DNA of 64,000 nt, taken from NCBI GenBank assembly GCA_900088475.1, contig FLMG01000761.1, positions 64,903-128,902 of the forward strand, read 5' to 3'. The translations under genes and the position numbers were made by a program. The stretch is from Hyphochytrium catenoides. Its lineage: Eukaryota; Protista; Hyphochytriomycota. The first letter of the stretch is position 1; each line of letters begins with the position of its first letter. The notes under the pieces were generated by a model that had not been told where the DNA came from, did not search any database, and saw only the letters and a list, made by a program, of their open reading frames with translations. Positions 1 to 13,300 of this stretch are shown piece after piece.

Positions 1-155
1 CACGTGGCCATTTATAGCTTGTATTGCCATGGCTAGCTGATGGCGGTTCTCCCGCTAAGGGAGTCGCGTGTACCTATATCGACACCGTACCCCCAAAACC
101 GCCACCTTGCCCCATGGCCCATTAAGAATACTATGTGCGACAGCAGTGCCATTAC

Positions 156-3100
156 CTGTGCATCAGGCAGAAGCGGGTGATCTACGCCAGCGATAGTCCC
201 TATCACAGCATCTGAGATATCTTTCTCCGTCAGCTCGCCGGCCTTGCTCTTCAGAAATGCAGCGGCTCCACCATAAACCTCTAACGTGTCTAACAGATTC
301 GGGTCTAGCGAGGCGAGGAAATAACAGCCCATAACGCATGGGGCAGAAGACAACTTAGGTTGTGGAAAGTCAATCGTCGAGACTAATTGGCTGCAAAAAG
401 TAACGGCCATTCAATAGACCCGAAGCTTGACACGAAGTTATTGCGAACGGGATTGTCACAAGGCAGAGGGTGTCAAGACACAAACTAAACTAATAAAGAG
501 AAGGGACCTTAGAGTGACGGACAGACTTTACTAGGTGTATACCTCGGTAGCTTAGGAATGCGAATTGCCCCGAACGCCTCGAGAATCTGGCAAAGCCTCC
601 GTAGGCCCCGCCGTGCACTCTCACCCGATCCCAAAGGTAGGAAGTGCCTAAAAACTTGCTCACTACATGGATAGATCCGTCGTACTTGTAGCCCGTAGTA
701 AACAGATTTCCCCCGGCACCAACATACTTTTGGTACCAACGTGGAATGAGGCATGGCGCATGGAGGGAGGGAAGTAAGTCAATAAGAACCGAGACAAAAA
801 TAACACATTGCCAAGTCTCGACCTGGGAGTGGGCCGTTATTCAGTCTCAGCAAAAGAGAAGCAGCAGGCAGTAGACCGTCCATTATGCTCAAGACAAGAC
901 CGCAATGATAATGAGCAAGAGCGTCATCGCAAATAAGTATAAGGGAGAAAAGGAGAGAATAGCTACGAGGCTAAACTTCTTATCTCTAATGCCCTTACAT
1001 TAACTTGCGTTGGGATAACGAAGGCCTCAGAGAGAGGCTTGGCCGTTGCCTGCCACTTCCAAACATGCTCAGTGCCTAATCAGAGTAGGCAGGGGGTGAG
1101 AAGGGGAGGGCACCCCAGTCAAGCACCAAGAAAAAGGTTACAGGGTTTGTTCTTGTTCTAAGGATTAGGTTGAGCGTTTGTCCCCAGTACCGCTCCTGTC
1201 TAAGATGTGCGGTATACCTCTATCCTCCCCTTCTGGCAAGCTTTCCAAAAGCTCGTGCAGCGGTTTGGAAGAACTATGCAAGGTGCTCTCATCGCCGGTC
1301 AGGTTGACGACAAGCCCTTGTCGCTGAAGGACTGAACTGCGCATGTCTTCGAGCCTGGACTCAAGGTGTAATAGGAAAGAAAGTCAATAGCTCGTTGGTG
1401 TCAGAGGAGAGAGAGTTCCGAACGAGCTTACTAAGGGGCAAGAAGCGGGTGTAGAGGTTATATGCTAGAAGAAGAAGATACATTACCTGTTAAGCACACT
1501 TGACCAATCAGTCTCTATGTCTTTGAGCAGCGTCTGCAAGTAGTTGTACTGCTCTATTCCACCAAGTACCTCGTCCAGCCATCCAGACACATTGTCCTGT
1601 CCCACTGCGTTAGTTTCACTCTTCCTAGTGCTTACTCCGGCCTATCACGCCTCTAAATTCTGAGCTCAACATCCTTGCATTACTTCTTACTCTCCGCCCA
1701 CTCCCCGAAGTGTCTGGGCTACCCGTGGTCTTACCTGCCATCCCAACCTGCTTTGCGCAATAACATGGCCAGAGGCTGAAATTTTGCTCTGCAGGCCAGA
1801 AATCTGCGAACGAACTATTTCTTTGCATCTCTCTCGGTCGTCAAAGCTAATTTCGGTCAGCAAATCGACGAGAATCCTGCCCATGTCGCCTATAACAGGA
1901 AGGCAGAAGATCGAGGACGATTGCAAAAGTCTAAGACATGACCGCCATGGGCAAGCAACGGAACGCTGTATCTTGAGACTCGCAACAAGGGCAGTCCTGA
2001 CGGGGTGTGCTCTTATGAGAGGACTAGAATAAAATACTGAATGACTCGGGGTAGCAAAACCGCTTGGAAAGCAGAAGGAACACGGCCACACCAGGGCCCC
2101 TTGTCAATGAAAGAGATAGGCGACGCAAGTGAAGAAGAATTGAATGCGACGAAGAGACAAAAGCTATACCGATTTTCTCCTTTGTTGCCTTGGCTCTAAC
2201 CATCAGCAGCGCCCTAAGATCGTCTCCAGCAAGAGGGTCAACGGCCGTCACATAGCGAGAGGTCGAGATACCGCCTGTGGCTGTCCCTATCCTATTGCCA
2301 TTCACCACAATGGTGAGAGCTCTCCTTTGCGATGAAGGCAAAGACAAGACCACCACCAGTCTCATAGAATGAAGAAAGCCAAAGAACTACGACATTTTTT
2401 GCCCGAATAAATAGGTTAAGTGCGAGCAGGGCTCATTTCAACAAAAGCTGAGAGAGCACACATAGCTGCAGGTGAAGATCAGATGCTTCTAACCTCTCCT
2501 TGAACTCTACGAAATTTTCCTTTCTGGTGCCCATACCAGTGAGACAGCGACAGAAGACAGGAAGGAGAGGGACAAGTTCCTGTGCCAGACAAAGTTCAGT
2601 ATGCCAGGCTACTGCCCTTCATTTGCTACCATCAACGGACACAAGAAGAAGAGGAAAAAAGGGTGCACTTGAGAGAAATCTTCCTTGCCGAGACATAAAT
2701 CCTTGATCCTCTACCAGTCACTGTGGTAAGGGCTGGACGGACTTGCAGTCGGTCCAGTACATGAAGGAAAGGCTGAGGGTGCGTTTGTAGAAAGGCTCAC
2801 CTGCCTCAGCCCTCTTAGGTCGAAGGCAAGGTCAACGTAGATAACAGACGATGTTGGCAGGTCATGTGACAGTAGGACCACTTTCCCTCCCGCAATGTTT
2901 GCTATCTCTACGGGAATCTCTGGCTGCTTGTCCTCAATATCTTTGAGGGTGAGCTTCGGAATCTTTGCCAGCTCTTCTGGCGGATCACTGCGCAGCTGCT
3001 TCTCCTTCAGACTCTGCCAATACATAACCATGGACACAACTTAGAGAGTTGATGAGCTGGCTCCAAAGCCCAACCTGTCGACAGTCGAAGCGATCTCAAG

Positions 3101-6100
3101 GAAAAGCTACTAAGAGTAGAAGCCATGTAGTGGATGCAACATAAGAGGGAGCTCGTGCACGTGAAGAGAAGCGACTCCGACCTTTGTCTTCTCGATAATG
3201 TTCTCGAGATCGTCTTCCGAGCACCTTTGCCGGAAATTTTCAACCTCTCGGCCTTCCTCCTCCTCCTGCTTCGTATCGAAGCTTTTGTCTGGTATCATAT
3301 GAAGAGATACGCGGTGGGAGTTCTCCAGAAGATGTTCGCGAATGAGATCTTGAAATACTGGCTCTCCTTTCTTTAGCTTGTCCTACGCGATGGGGGTCAG
3401 CTGCTTCCCTCTCTTGGACCATCAGCTTATGCAACTCCTCGGTACTCTGTACAAAACCCTGCGTCATGCCTGCATCCTTAACTCAATCTTAAAGTTTCCT
3501 TAGTTCTGTCCAACTTTCAACCAGGCCCTCTCCTTCGGTTCGGTAGCCTCTTTGCACCGGAGTGTTTCCACAGCCAAGCCCTGTCATACGATACCTTGAG
3601 GGCCTGAAGCTCCTTTTCGTACTTGATGCTCTCTATTGGATTCCCATGGTAAACCCAGCGGTCCAGGGCGCTCAGCATCGTAAGGAGGCCGCGTGGGTAC
3701 GACCCGCTATTCTTTTCTCTTAAGGAAAACTCCACGGTGTTCATGGCACTTTCAATTGTGGAAGGCGAGAACCTGCGCGAACAGATACGTAAGAAGAAAG
3801 AAAGAGTCAAAGAGACAATGAGGCAGCAGCTAGCAAGAGATGATGCAGAGGACAGTGCTTAGGTTTCATAAATGACGGATTGTTTGACAGGACTCCTCCC
3901 AGCTTTTTGATGCTTTTGTGGTCATCGCCTCTTCGTGACATGGGTTCTGTATCTTACCCTTCCTCAGAGAGTCTCTTCAGCTCGCTCAGCACCAGTGCTT
4001 CCACTTTGTCGACATCTTCCTCAGCAACCTACGCTTACCGTTAGCATCACGAAAGTCCTATGTCGCTCTCGCTGTCGCAAGCTCGTTTCCGTCCCTATTC
4101 TATCCACTGCATTTCCTCCTTAGGGTTAATCTTTGCTCTTGTTTTACTTCCTATGTCCGTTACCTTCTTGAGACCCACAGCAAAGGTGAACTGGCGCAGC
4201 GTGGTGGAAAGTCCTCCTCCTGTAAGAGAGAAGCCCAGGCCACTGCTGAGAAGGGCCTTTCTCAGGGGCGACGCCTGGAAGAGCCACAGAAGAGGGATCG
4301 AAAGTTAGCCGGCTCTGAAACCGAGACTGTCATAGAAGAAAGACGCAGTACGACTTATAAGCGGCATCCTTAAAGAGTTGTGTAGTGGCCCATTGCCCGC
4401 TCGAACAAGACTCAGCGGAGCTGATACTAGCCGTTCATCCAGCTTATGAAGAGCCAGTTAAGGGACTGAGTAAAAGTAGAAAAGCACCTCTGTTCCTAAC
4501 AGCAGTTCGGAGAGAAGAACCAGCTCCAAAGTCCTCTCGGCTGAAGGATCCTCATGATTGAGGACCCACCCAACGGTCATCATGTGCTGCTTATCCTCCG
4601 CGGAAGAAGAAAAAGGAAATCTCACTCTTTTTGGGGAGGAGAATGGTGCTTGGAGGGTAGGGAGAGGCTGCGGACTCTTGCGCTGAAACTCTGTGAGGTA
4701 CTCTGCCATGAGCCTAAGTCGTTGTTCCTCAGGATCATCTCCATAGAAATAGATCATAGCGTTGCTGCGGAGAAAATAAAAGAGATATGAGATTGGCAGG
4801 CTAAAGAATGAGATGGAGCATTAAGGAGGGCAGAGCAGATCTTTAGAAGATGTCGGACGGAAGAAGTGCGTCTTGAAGGAGACCATAGTCTTCTATTTCT
4901 TTGTAAAGAACTCTATTAAAATGGATCTTCGACTCCCACTCGGTCCCTAGCTCTGAATACTAGATCGTCTCGTCTCCCTTCTCACCTTGGATGGTAACAG
5001 TCTCCGTGGAAGGACTGAAACTTCTCACTGTCATAAAGGGAGAGTTAGAGACAGAGATCGCCAGGAAGTTGTGAAGGATGGTCACATCTCAGAAACCCAG
5101 CTTGTAAAGAGGGATCACGGAGTTCTGTGGAAAGGATAGTATGGACTAAGTGAAGGGTTACAGAGAAGACCGAAGAGCTTTAGAGCAATTAGGAGATGCT
5201 CGTGTTGTAGGTTCGGAAAGCCATGAGAGGCCAACGCTAACGATGAAGATGAGAAAGGAATAAAATCCATCATGAAGAGGAATGGAAGGAACCAAGCGAG
5301 CAATGGAGGAGGGAAACAGGAGAAGATCTTCTGCTCTGTATCCTCAGGTGGTGCCTGGTCCGACGGACGCGCCAAGAGAAGGTCAGGCAATCAGAGCGAT
5401 AAGCCTTCTTTCTGAGTTGCTTACAAAGTAAGTGTAGGAATGACTTGAGGATCTCCACCGGAATCTACTCCATAGATATTATCTGGGAATAGGCTCTGTT
5501 GCATCCTCCGATAGTTCATTGAGTCTGGGTTTGAATACACGCCCTTTACACGTGAGGAAGACATGGATGGGAAGAAAGGGGCAGAGAAAGAGAAAGAGCG
5601 AGAGACAAGGCTCAGACTAACGCGCTATTTCCAAAGGTACATAATAGAGAGCAAGGATAGGAAAGACCAAGAGACGGACTTGACTCTCGTACCCCTGCGC
5701 TGCTGCCTGTTGGTGCTTACCTTCATTTCGTTGAAGACAACTCCTTTTAAAGCCATTTTCCCGTCCTTACTGTCTAACTCATAGTGCCAGCCTTCCTGCA
5801 TGAGCACCTGCAAAGAGGCTCAGCTTTGTCTGAAACTCTGACCTGTATAGCAAGAGAGCTCTCCGCCCTCTCATCCCCATTTCCATGGCCTGGGTGCCCT
5901 TCTATCTCCGCTGCCCTTCCTTCTTTATAGTGCTTTCCTTTCTTTCCTATGGGATATCAACCTCACAGCCTCCACCTGGTCGTAGGGCTCGGACAGCCGT
6001 CCTCTATCTCTCAAGCTCATTCCTGCTGACTGCCCCCCCACCCCCCTTTTCTCTCCCCTTTACAGAGCCTCCAGTTATGAAGCTCACACCATTGACGAGC

Positions 6101-6822
6101 CTTCTCTCTTTCCTTATTGAGGATTACCTCAGGTGTGAGTCTGGGGTGCAAGACGGCGTCCATGTAGACATCTATGAGATTATAGAAGTCTTTCAGGTTC
6201 TGGCTAGCGACAGGATAGCAGGTGCGATCGGGATAGGTAAAAGCATTGAGAAAGGTCTGCAAGGAGCTCTTCAGGAGCTCTACGAAGGGTTCTTTGACCG
6301 GATACTTCTTAGAGCCGCACAGGACGGAATGTTCCTATGTCTGTATGGTTAGAGGCTGAAGGTCTGAAGAAGCAGTCACGCACGTCGGAGAGCTAGCTAT
6401 GCTGCTTCGTCTTACCAGAATGTGTGCAATGCCATCGCTAGAGTCAGGAGGAGTTCGAAAGTTGATACCAAAGACTGCAGAGGTGCTTCAATTAGTCAAG
6501 ATGTCGAACGGGTCTCCAAGAGGCAGACGATCGGGTGACCACACGAAGGGCCGAGTGTACCTTTGTTCCTATCGTCAACCTTGATAGAAAGTAGCTCGGC
6601 CCCTGTACTCTGGTGCTTCCATAGGGTCGCTTGACCGTCTATCTCTTTGACATACTCCGATTTGAGGGGCTCAAAGCCGTCTACCTTTGGCAGACTATAG
6701 TATCGTCTGCCAGCACCCGACGAAGCTGCGGTTGCTTGTCGCTGCACCCAGCTCTTGAAAGCAAGTGACTGGCCCCACCGGCACCTCCTATCAGCTCCAG
6801 AGCTCGTCCTAAGAGCTTGCAT
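156..6822 (-). CDS. PREP: Presequence protease (pitrilysin family M16C, PreP/Cym1-like); about 20 exons in the window, 3' end lies beyond the left edge
   Basis: Spliced GT-AG exons give FGINFRTPPDSSDGIAHIL|EHSVLCGSKKYPVKEPF (inverted zinc motif HxxEH), QTFLNAFTYPDRTCYPVAS, KGVVFNEMK|GVYS, DSGGDP, IPTQVN|YVG, YLWDRVRVHGGAYGG and LSYR|DPNL. The N-terminus is Arg/Ser-rich and ends in RRYYS, resembling a mitochondrial presequence. Confidence 0.95.
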
Positions 6823-7395
6823 CCTTCTTAAAGCTTTACCTCGGCTGTCAAACTGGAAGTCTGGGAGCTTCCGAAGTCAGAAGCGCCCGCAGATCAATCC
6901 GATCAGAATTTTTCTGCTCCTTTCTCCCCACCAAGCTCTTCCCTTGAAGAGAAGAGAACAGCAACAGAGATTTCCCATAGATGTAACCTCACGCCACCCA
7001 CGGCGGAGTATTTCCAAGCAGGAATGGCCGTTAGCGTCCCCATTTGCCTCTGTAGTTTGAGATAATAACGCCACAAATGGCAGAATCACATAGAGCCTCT
7101 GACAATATGTGGAGGGATTAGTAATACTACACAGATATTGGGCTTCTGATGCCGGGCGGAATACGTTTGAGTCACCAAAACTCTTCATAACACACTTGAC
7201 CGCTGGAGCTGCAGCTGTTCGCCGCGGACGCGCCGTCTGCGTCTTCACTCAGAGATTTCGCTGGCAATCTTCAAGCTGTTCACTCGCCGTTCGTTCGACC
7301 GATAGCAAAGAGGGCCTGGAACCTTCATTGTAGCTGACAGAAGACGACTGGAAGGGTTCTTTTCTGCCTGCGTTTGACGAGGAAGCTGGGCAGCA

Positions 7396-9938
7396 ATGAG
7401 CTCAGGAACCACGGTCAAGTTGGGGTTTAAAGGGGAGTTGAGGAGAGTTCATGTGGAGAACCTTGAGACGTTTAGCCTTCACGAGCTGCGGAAATGCGTA
7501 GCCTCGATGTTCCCTCGAGTCTCCCAGCCCATCACCATCCACTACCAAGATGATGAAGGTAAGATCCAGCATAAAAGTGAAAGGACAACTGTGCAGAAGG
7601 CAGAAAGATGAACGTTACGAGAGGAAGGGGTAAGGACAAAGAAACAAGTAGATAGGCGGACATGGGTCAACTGAAGAGGGAGAGGATGTAAGAAAACACG
7701 GGATTTAAGAAAGCACTGTCTTGGGTCCGTGCGAGGCCTTCTCTTAATCTTCTCCTCATCACACTCTGACTGAAGGTGATGAGATCACCGTCAAAAGTGA
7801 TTTCGAGGTCACTGAAGCCATTGACGTGATGCGGCGCTTGAATCGTACCGTCCGCTTTGAAGTCAGTGGAGGTAAGAGACGATGTACAGCTCCTGTTCTA
7901 CTTCTTACCCTTAGGAACATGCCGGTTGATCTCCTAGGGGAAGGTACTGCGCCTGGTCGTGACAGGGCTCCTTCAGTGCATTATGAGACCAGCCTTGCCT
8001 CTCTCCTCGGCAAACTGAACGAGGCGCTGGATAGGTGGCAACCGTCCTCCGGGGCAGAGGATGAGGAAAAGTCTACCCTTCAGAGATTGCTAGCTAACCA
8101 TTCGGTGCAGGTAGCCTTTCAGCAGCTACTCTCAGAACCCAAGGTAAGGACAGCGGGAAAGGCTGGTGGGGAGGGAAAGAGAGACATATGAGACTCAACG
8201 TTGGGGAGAGATAGACAGATGAAAGAGAGGTGCATCACCGAAAGACGACAAGAAAGGACCAAGAAGTAGGGGTTAATCTAAAGAAGTCATACATCCGAGA
8301 TCGTTGATATCTCTGCTTGCTCTACGTAGTGGTGGGGATTGTTCCAGCAGATCAATGACTCTCTGGCCCTGGTAAGAGACTCAACTCTAGCCTCCATGCT
8401 CTCTGTTTCTTGAGGCTTAAAGCACAACGATTTGGCTTTTACACCTTATTCCTGTTCAAGGTGACTTTGTCGCTGAATGTGAAAGCCACGTTTGGACTTT
8501 AACCCGTTTTATTCCCGCCTTTGCGCGTAGCATGGCGCCATTCCAAGAGTGAAGGAGCTTCTCTCTTCGCCTGTCAACTCCTCTCTCTCTTGGCAGTTGC
8601 TGGGCCGCTTTCTCTCCCGTTGCCCGGAGGTTCTGCAGCTCGTCCCGAGCATAAGGTCCCAGCTTCCAACCCTTGCTGAGAGGATTCAAGAAGCGATACA
8701 TGAGATGGAGACCGATGTGAAGAACCTGGAATCTATCTCCGCGTCTCTTCCTTCACCGCTATCGTCCACATCTCCTCAGCAGAATGACTCTAAGGAATCC
8801 ACAAGAGAAACTCTATCGCCAATGGAGGAAGAGCCCATTGCGATACCTGTTGAGCCTATCTCTGCGCCTCTGCCTTCCGCTACAGAGAATCTGCAACAGC
8901 CTCTTCTTCCTCCGCAGGAAAGTGTGGAACAGGAAGAGCCAGCTCTCCCGGGAGCAGAGATGTTGGAGGATGTTTCCATCCCGGATGGCACTGTGCTGCC
9001 TCCTAACTTCAAGTTCAGGAAGATATGGAAGATTTCTAATGCCTCAGCAGTGGTAGGAAAAGATACTGAAGGGCTCGGATTTATCTGGAACTGTCTCAGT
9101 TTTCATTCCCTTCCTTCTATGAATGGCTTTCTTTTCCATACTTTCAATATCCTCCCTAACTCTTCGGTTGTCGGCTGTAGGCTTGGCCTGAGGGCTGCAG
9201 CCTTGTGTGCAGTGGAGGAGCGGACATGGATCAGCCTAAGGAGAGGATTTGCCTGGAATCTCTAGCTGCTAACAGCACTGGGGAGATTGGAGTGAACCTT
9301 TGCACACCTTCGGCTACCGGTAAGAGGAAGATGCATGACAAAGTTTGTCGATCTTCTTTCATCTATTGGATGGTCTTCGTCTTAGCACCGTTGCTGCCTT
9401 TCTTCTTGTTCGTTAAGGTCGCTACTCGTCATTCTGGACGCTGGAGTTGCCGAATGGACAGACATTTGGGGATAAGCTTTGGGTCGATATCGTGGTGGAC
9501 GAGGCTCTTGGGGAGGTCAGGAAGCAGTCTGCAGGCGCTCCAGTTGAAGAAGTGACTGCAGCAGCAGCTCCGGCCACAGGTAAAGACACGTACTGTTTGG
9601 CTGTTGACCCTCCCCATCTTTCACAGTGCTGGCCACCAGGACGACTACTCTTCTTGGTAGCCCCATGTTAGACCATGTTCTTAACCCATATACCGTTCCG
9701 TCTCTTGATCCTTCTTTCAGCCCGATTGACTTGTGACTCTTCTGGTGTCTCCCTACATAATGCAGAGGAAGCGATTCCAGCTCCTGTTCCAGCTTCGGCT
9801 CCAGCGGCGGTTGATCAGTGGCTCCCACACCTACTGGAACTGGAAAACATGGGCTTCAGTCAAAGAGAGAGGAACATTCAGCTCCTAGAACAGCACAACG
9901 GGAATCTTGAGAGTGTTATTGATGCCCTACTTTCCTAG
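7396..9938 (+). CDS. NBR1: NBR1-like selective autophagy receptor (PB1 - FW/NBR1 domain - UBA), 8 exons
   Basis: PB1 domain VKLGFKGELRR...YQDDEG|DEITV. FW domain LEDVSIPDGT...FRKIWKISN...|AWPEG...G|RYSSFWTL...GQTFGDKLWVDIVV. C-terminal UBA domain LENMGFSQRERNIQLLEQHNGNLESVIDALL. Frame is continuous across canonical introns. Confidence 0.88.
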
Positions 9939-10393
9939 ATCATCCCGTAGTCTCATCGTCCCTTCTCTCAGTTCGTCTCGTTCTCGCTTGTACTGGTTCA
10001 AACTTGCATTATGGAAGCAGGCTAACGCTAATGTTGAGAAGTGACTAAAGTGGAGATTGGTAGCACATTAAGGGATGACGCATCTTATGGGATGCGACTC
10101 TTATGGACTGTGCTCTTGTCATAGTATTATCAATTAGCTAGGTTTTTGATATAATAATAACTTTTCATTTGTCCATGATCATCGTCTTCGCCCCGTCCTA
10201 CTGCCCAATGTCGGCAGCTAGTGAAGCTAGGAGAAACAAGACACCAAGAGATCATTGACCAATTCGCAAAGAGCAAGCTTGGTCCCGAGGGTCTGTAGGA
10301 CAAGCTTCGCGCTGTACATAAGCTTAGTCAGAGCCACTGGATAGTGCTGAGTGCTGTTGATCACTCCTGACTGCTTGATTATGCTAGAATCTC

Positions 10394-13300
10394 TCACAAG
10401 AGAGCCGTTGCAAAATTACTGATCAGCTCTTTATGGAGAAGAGAGACCCTTTCCGCCCTGATCAGAAATGACTGACATTTCTCTTCTAGTTCCGGGTCCA
10501 CCCCCACTCCGCCCGGACCCGTTCGTAGTCTTTCTTTCTCTGTCAGGTACTTCTTAAGTGGAAGAGGGAACTCTCGCTCCCTACTCTTATCATAGGCGGC
10601 TACTCGTAACAGGTGGAAAGTGAAGTCGAAAGCTTCAAAGCGCCCTTCTTGCTTGAATAAGAAGAGAAGGGCAACGCCCGCCCAGAGGAAGCCATCTCCG
10701 AAGTAATCTTCCATAGGAGTTTCGTGAGCGGCTACCTTACTTTGAACTTCCATTCCAGAGCTAGCAGGTGAGCAGCTGTTTGAGTAGAAGAGAAACTGTA
10801 TCAAGGTCAGTGCCTGAAGAGAAAGGAAGTGCTGCAAGCGGGAAGCTGTAGTATAGACTTGGGCCGTGGTCGTTCCACCGACAAGACAATTGGGGAAGCG
10901 CTGGCGCGAGGAAAGGCATTGGGATGGAGAGAGAGAGCATAGCAGAAGGAAGTGAATAATCGTATGTAAGATAGAATTGATAAGAACAAACATTGACGAT
11001 GCAGCTGAGGAGAATAAGAGCGAGAGGTCAGGAAGACAGCTCCAGACTCTAGTCCTACCTGCATGGCACTCCACACACGGTAGTATTCTGGGGTTTCCAG
11101 GATGGGGATCCCCTTGTCAAGAGAGAACGGTACTGTCCAGGTCTTCACAAGGCCCTCTTCAGCCAAGAAGGATGACAAGGATGCCAGAATAGAAGAGAGA
11201 GGATTGTAAGGTAAAGTCAGAAAGGCTTCTTTCTCTTCAAAGAGCTCCAAGAAGCACACAGACTGCCACGTGCTCTGAACAATTGTCGTCTGAGAATCTT
11301 TCTCCGTTCCTCTCCTGGACGGGGTCGACGAATGTTGGCTAGCACTGGACAAACCTCTTTCCGGCTCCGGTCCAGAGTGAAAGCTTCCGATTGTCTGGAG
11401 GTATTGGTCCAGACAGAATCCCAAAAGCGATAGGAAAGCAATGCTGTTGCCAACTTCCCTGCAGGGAAGATTGATCACAAAGAGATAATACGTAGGAACA
11501 ACAGGGAATCTATTGCTAGGCGACTCCATGGCGCTAAAGGTTTTAGCTTCTATTGACAATGCGACATTCCGCGTCTCTCTTAATTCTCTCTCCCTCTTCT
11601 CTTCTTATATCTTTCTGTCTCTCTTTCTCTCCGTCGCTCCGTCGCTCCTCCCTCCTCTTTTCTTTGTTCTTACATGAAACTTTGAAAGACCACGGGCTTG
11701 AGGTCGCGATACTCTAGGATTCCACGAAGCTTTGCCTCATAGAAGCCGAAGCAGCCACTTGCTCGATAAATGAACTTAGGCGGTGAAATGGGAGGGATGG
11801 CGAGAGAAAGGGGACGCAAATACTCCGCAAAGAGCCCTTTAAGATGACCCTAGGAGAGAGACAGAGAGAGCGAAAAACAGAGCGCGTGAAGGTTGACATT
11901 GCAAAAAATAGACATGGCTCTTGGGCACATGGTGTGCAGCGAGAAAATAAAGGGTCTAGAGCTTGAGGAGGAAGAGACCTGTTCTGGTTGAACGGCCGTA
12001 GCGATCGTGGACAAGATAGAAAATCATAGCTCTTAGAGATCAGTGACTCAGTCGAACAGTTGACGGAGGACAAAGGAAGACGAAGGTCTTTCATCTCGAG
12101 ACCTACAGCTAGAAATACAGCTCGCAACGAGGAAGAGGAAGGATAGTGTTGGCAGAAGCGGAAAACGCGGATAAAAGGAGACAAGGGAAAGCCAAGTGCC
12201 TCACCTTCACAAACTCTTGGACGTCCTCTGCTATACAATGCAGCATTTGAAGCCCGAGTACCCTGATGAGGCTTCCAACGTGTTCTTTTCCAAAGAACAA
12301 TTGAAATGGCCTAAGGCGCAGATCGTATGCCCTAGCATACTCTTTCCCGAACAGAAGAACTCCAGAGAGGAGGTCCCGAGAGGACGTGGACCCGTTCATG
12401 AAGAAGGGAGAGCAATTCTCTTCGTCTGCTCCCTCTCTTCCCTCGAAGTTCCTGCTCACGAAGCGCTGGCTGGCGTCGCTATACGCGAAATCGGCCAGCA
12501 GCTCTTGCCGAAGCTTCGAAGAACACGCTATAACAAGCCTGCCTCTCCCGGGATGGTTGGCAAGTGTTCGGTCATGGTCGATCTCAGCGAATATGGTTTC
12601 AAAGCTGTCCAAGGTTAAAACCTGAGATGAGAGAACCTGTCAGGAAGTCTTCCTCTGCCCCTTGGTTAACCTCAGTCTTATCCTCTAGGTCTTTCTCCTT
12701 TGATCGGCTATCGCATACCTATCTACCCATCACTGCCAGTAGCACAATCTTTTCTCTGTCTTTTCAAGTAGGCACTCACTCTCTACCTTCCCCTCTCTCT
12801 CTCTCCACAGTCCATACCTTGTTTAGTTCGCAGAGAGTCTCTCTCAATACCAATAGCAGGAGGTCAAGCTCAACGATGGCAGTGACTTCGCTCGCCTCGA
12901 ATCGGTGGATTGCCGCCTCGAGATCGGTGCAGAATATGGCCCTTGCGTGCTCAGAGAAGAGCTCATGCAGGTCAATGGGGCGCCCGAGCAGCTAGATTGT
13001 AGAAGATGAGAAACAGTCAAACAAGAGCTATAGCCCGGATAGAAGATAAGTATAGTCGTAGGCCTCCCAAAAGATAGTGACAGCTCTTGATTAGTAGCAA
13101 AGAGATGGATTCAGTCAGACACAAAGAGAGACGGACAAGAGAGACAGAGATAAAGAAAGATAACCAAGTGCAAGCTGTGACCCACCCTAAAGGTCCGTCG
13201 CTGGAGTAGAGGTTCAAAGCTCCTCTGATAGACGGCACGGCCCCTACTTCCTTTCGCCAAGTTCAGACCATCAACTATGGACCCGGGAAGGCACCGCAGG

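Noticed and set aside
5885-6352. Sizeable antisense ORFs (also 12196-12618, 45088-45429 and 61972-62508)
   Set aside because: They are shadows of conserved exons on the opposite strand, with no independent motifs.
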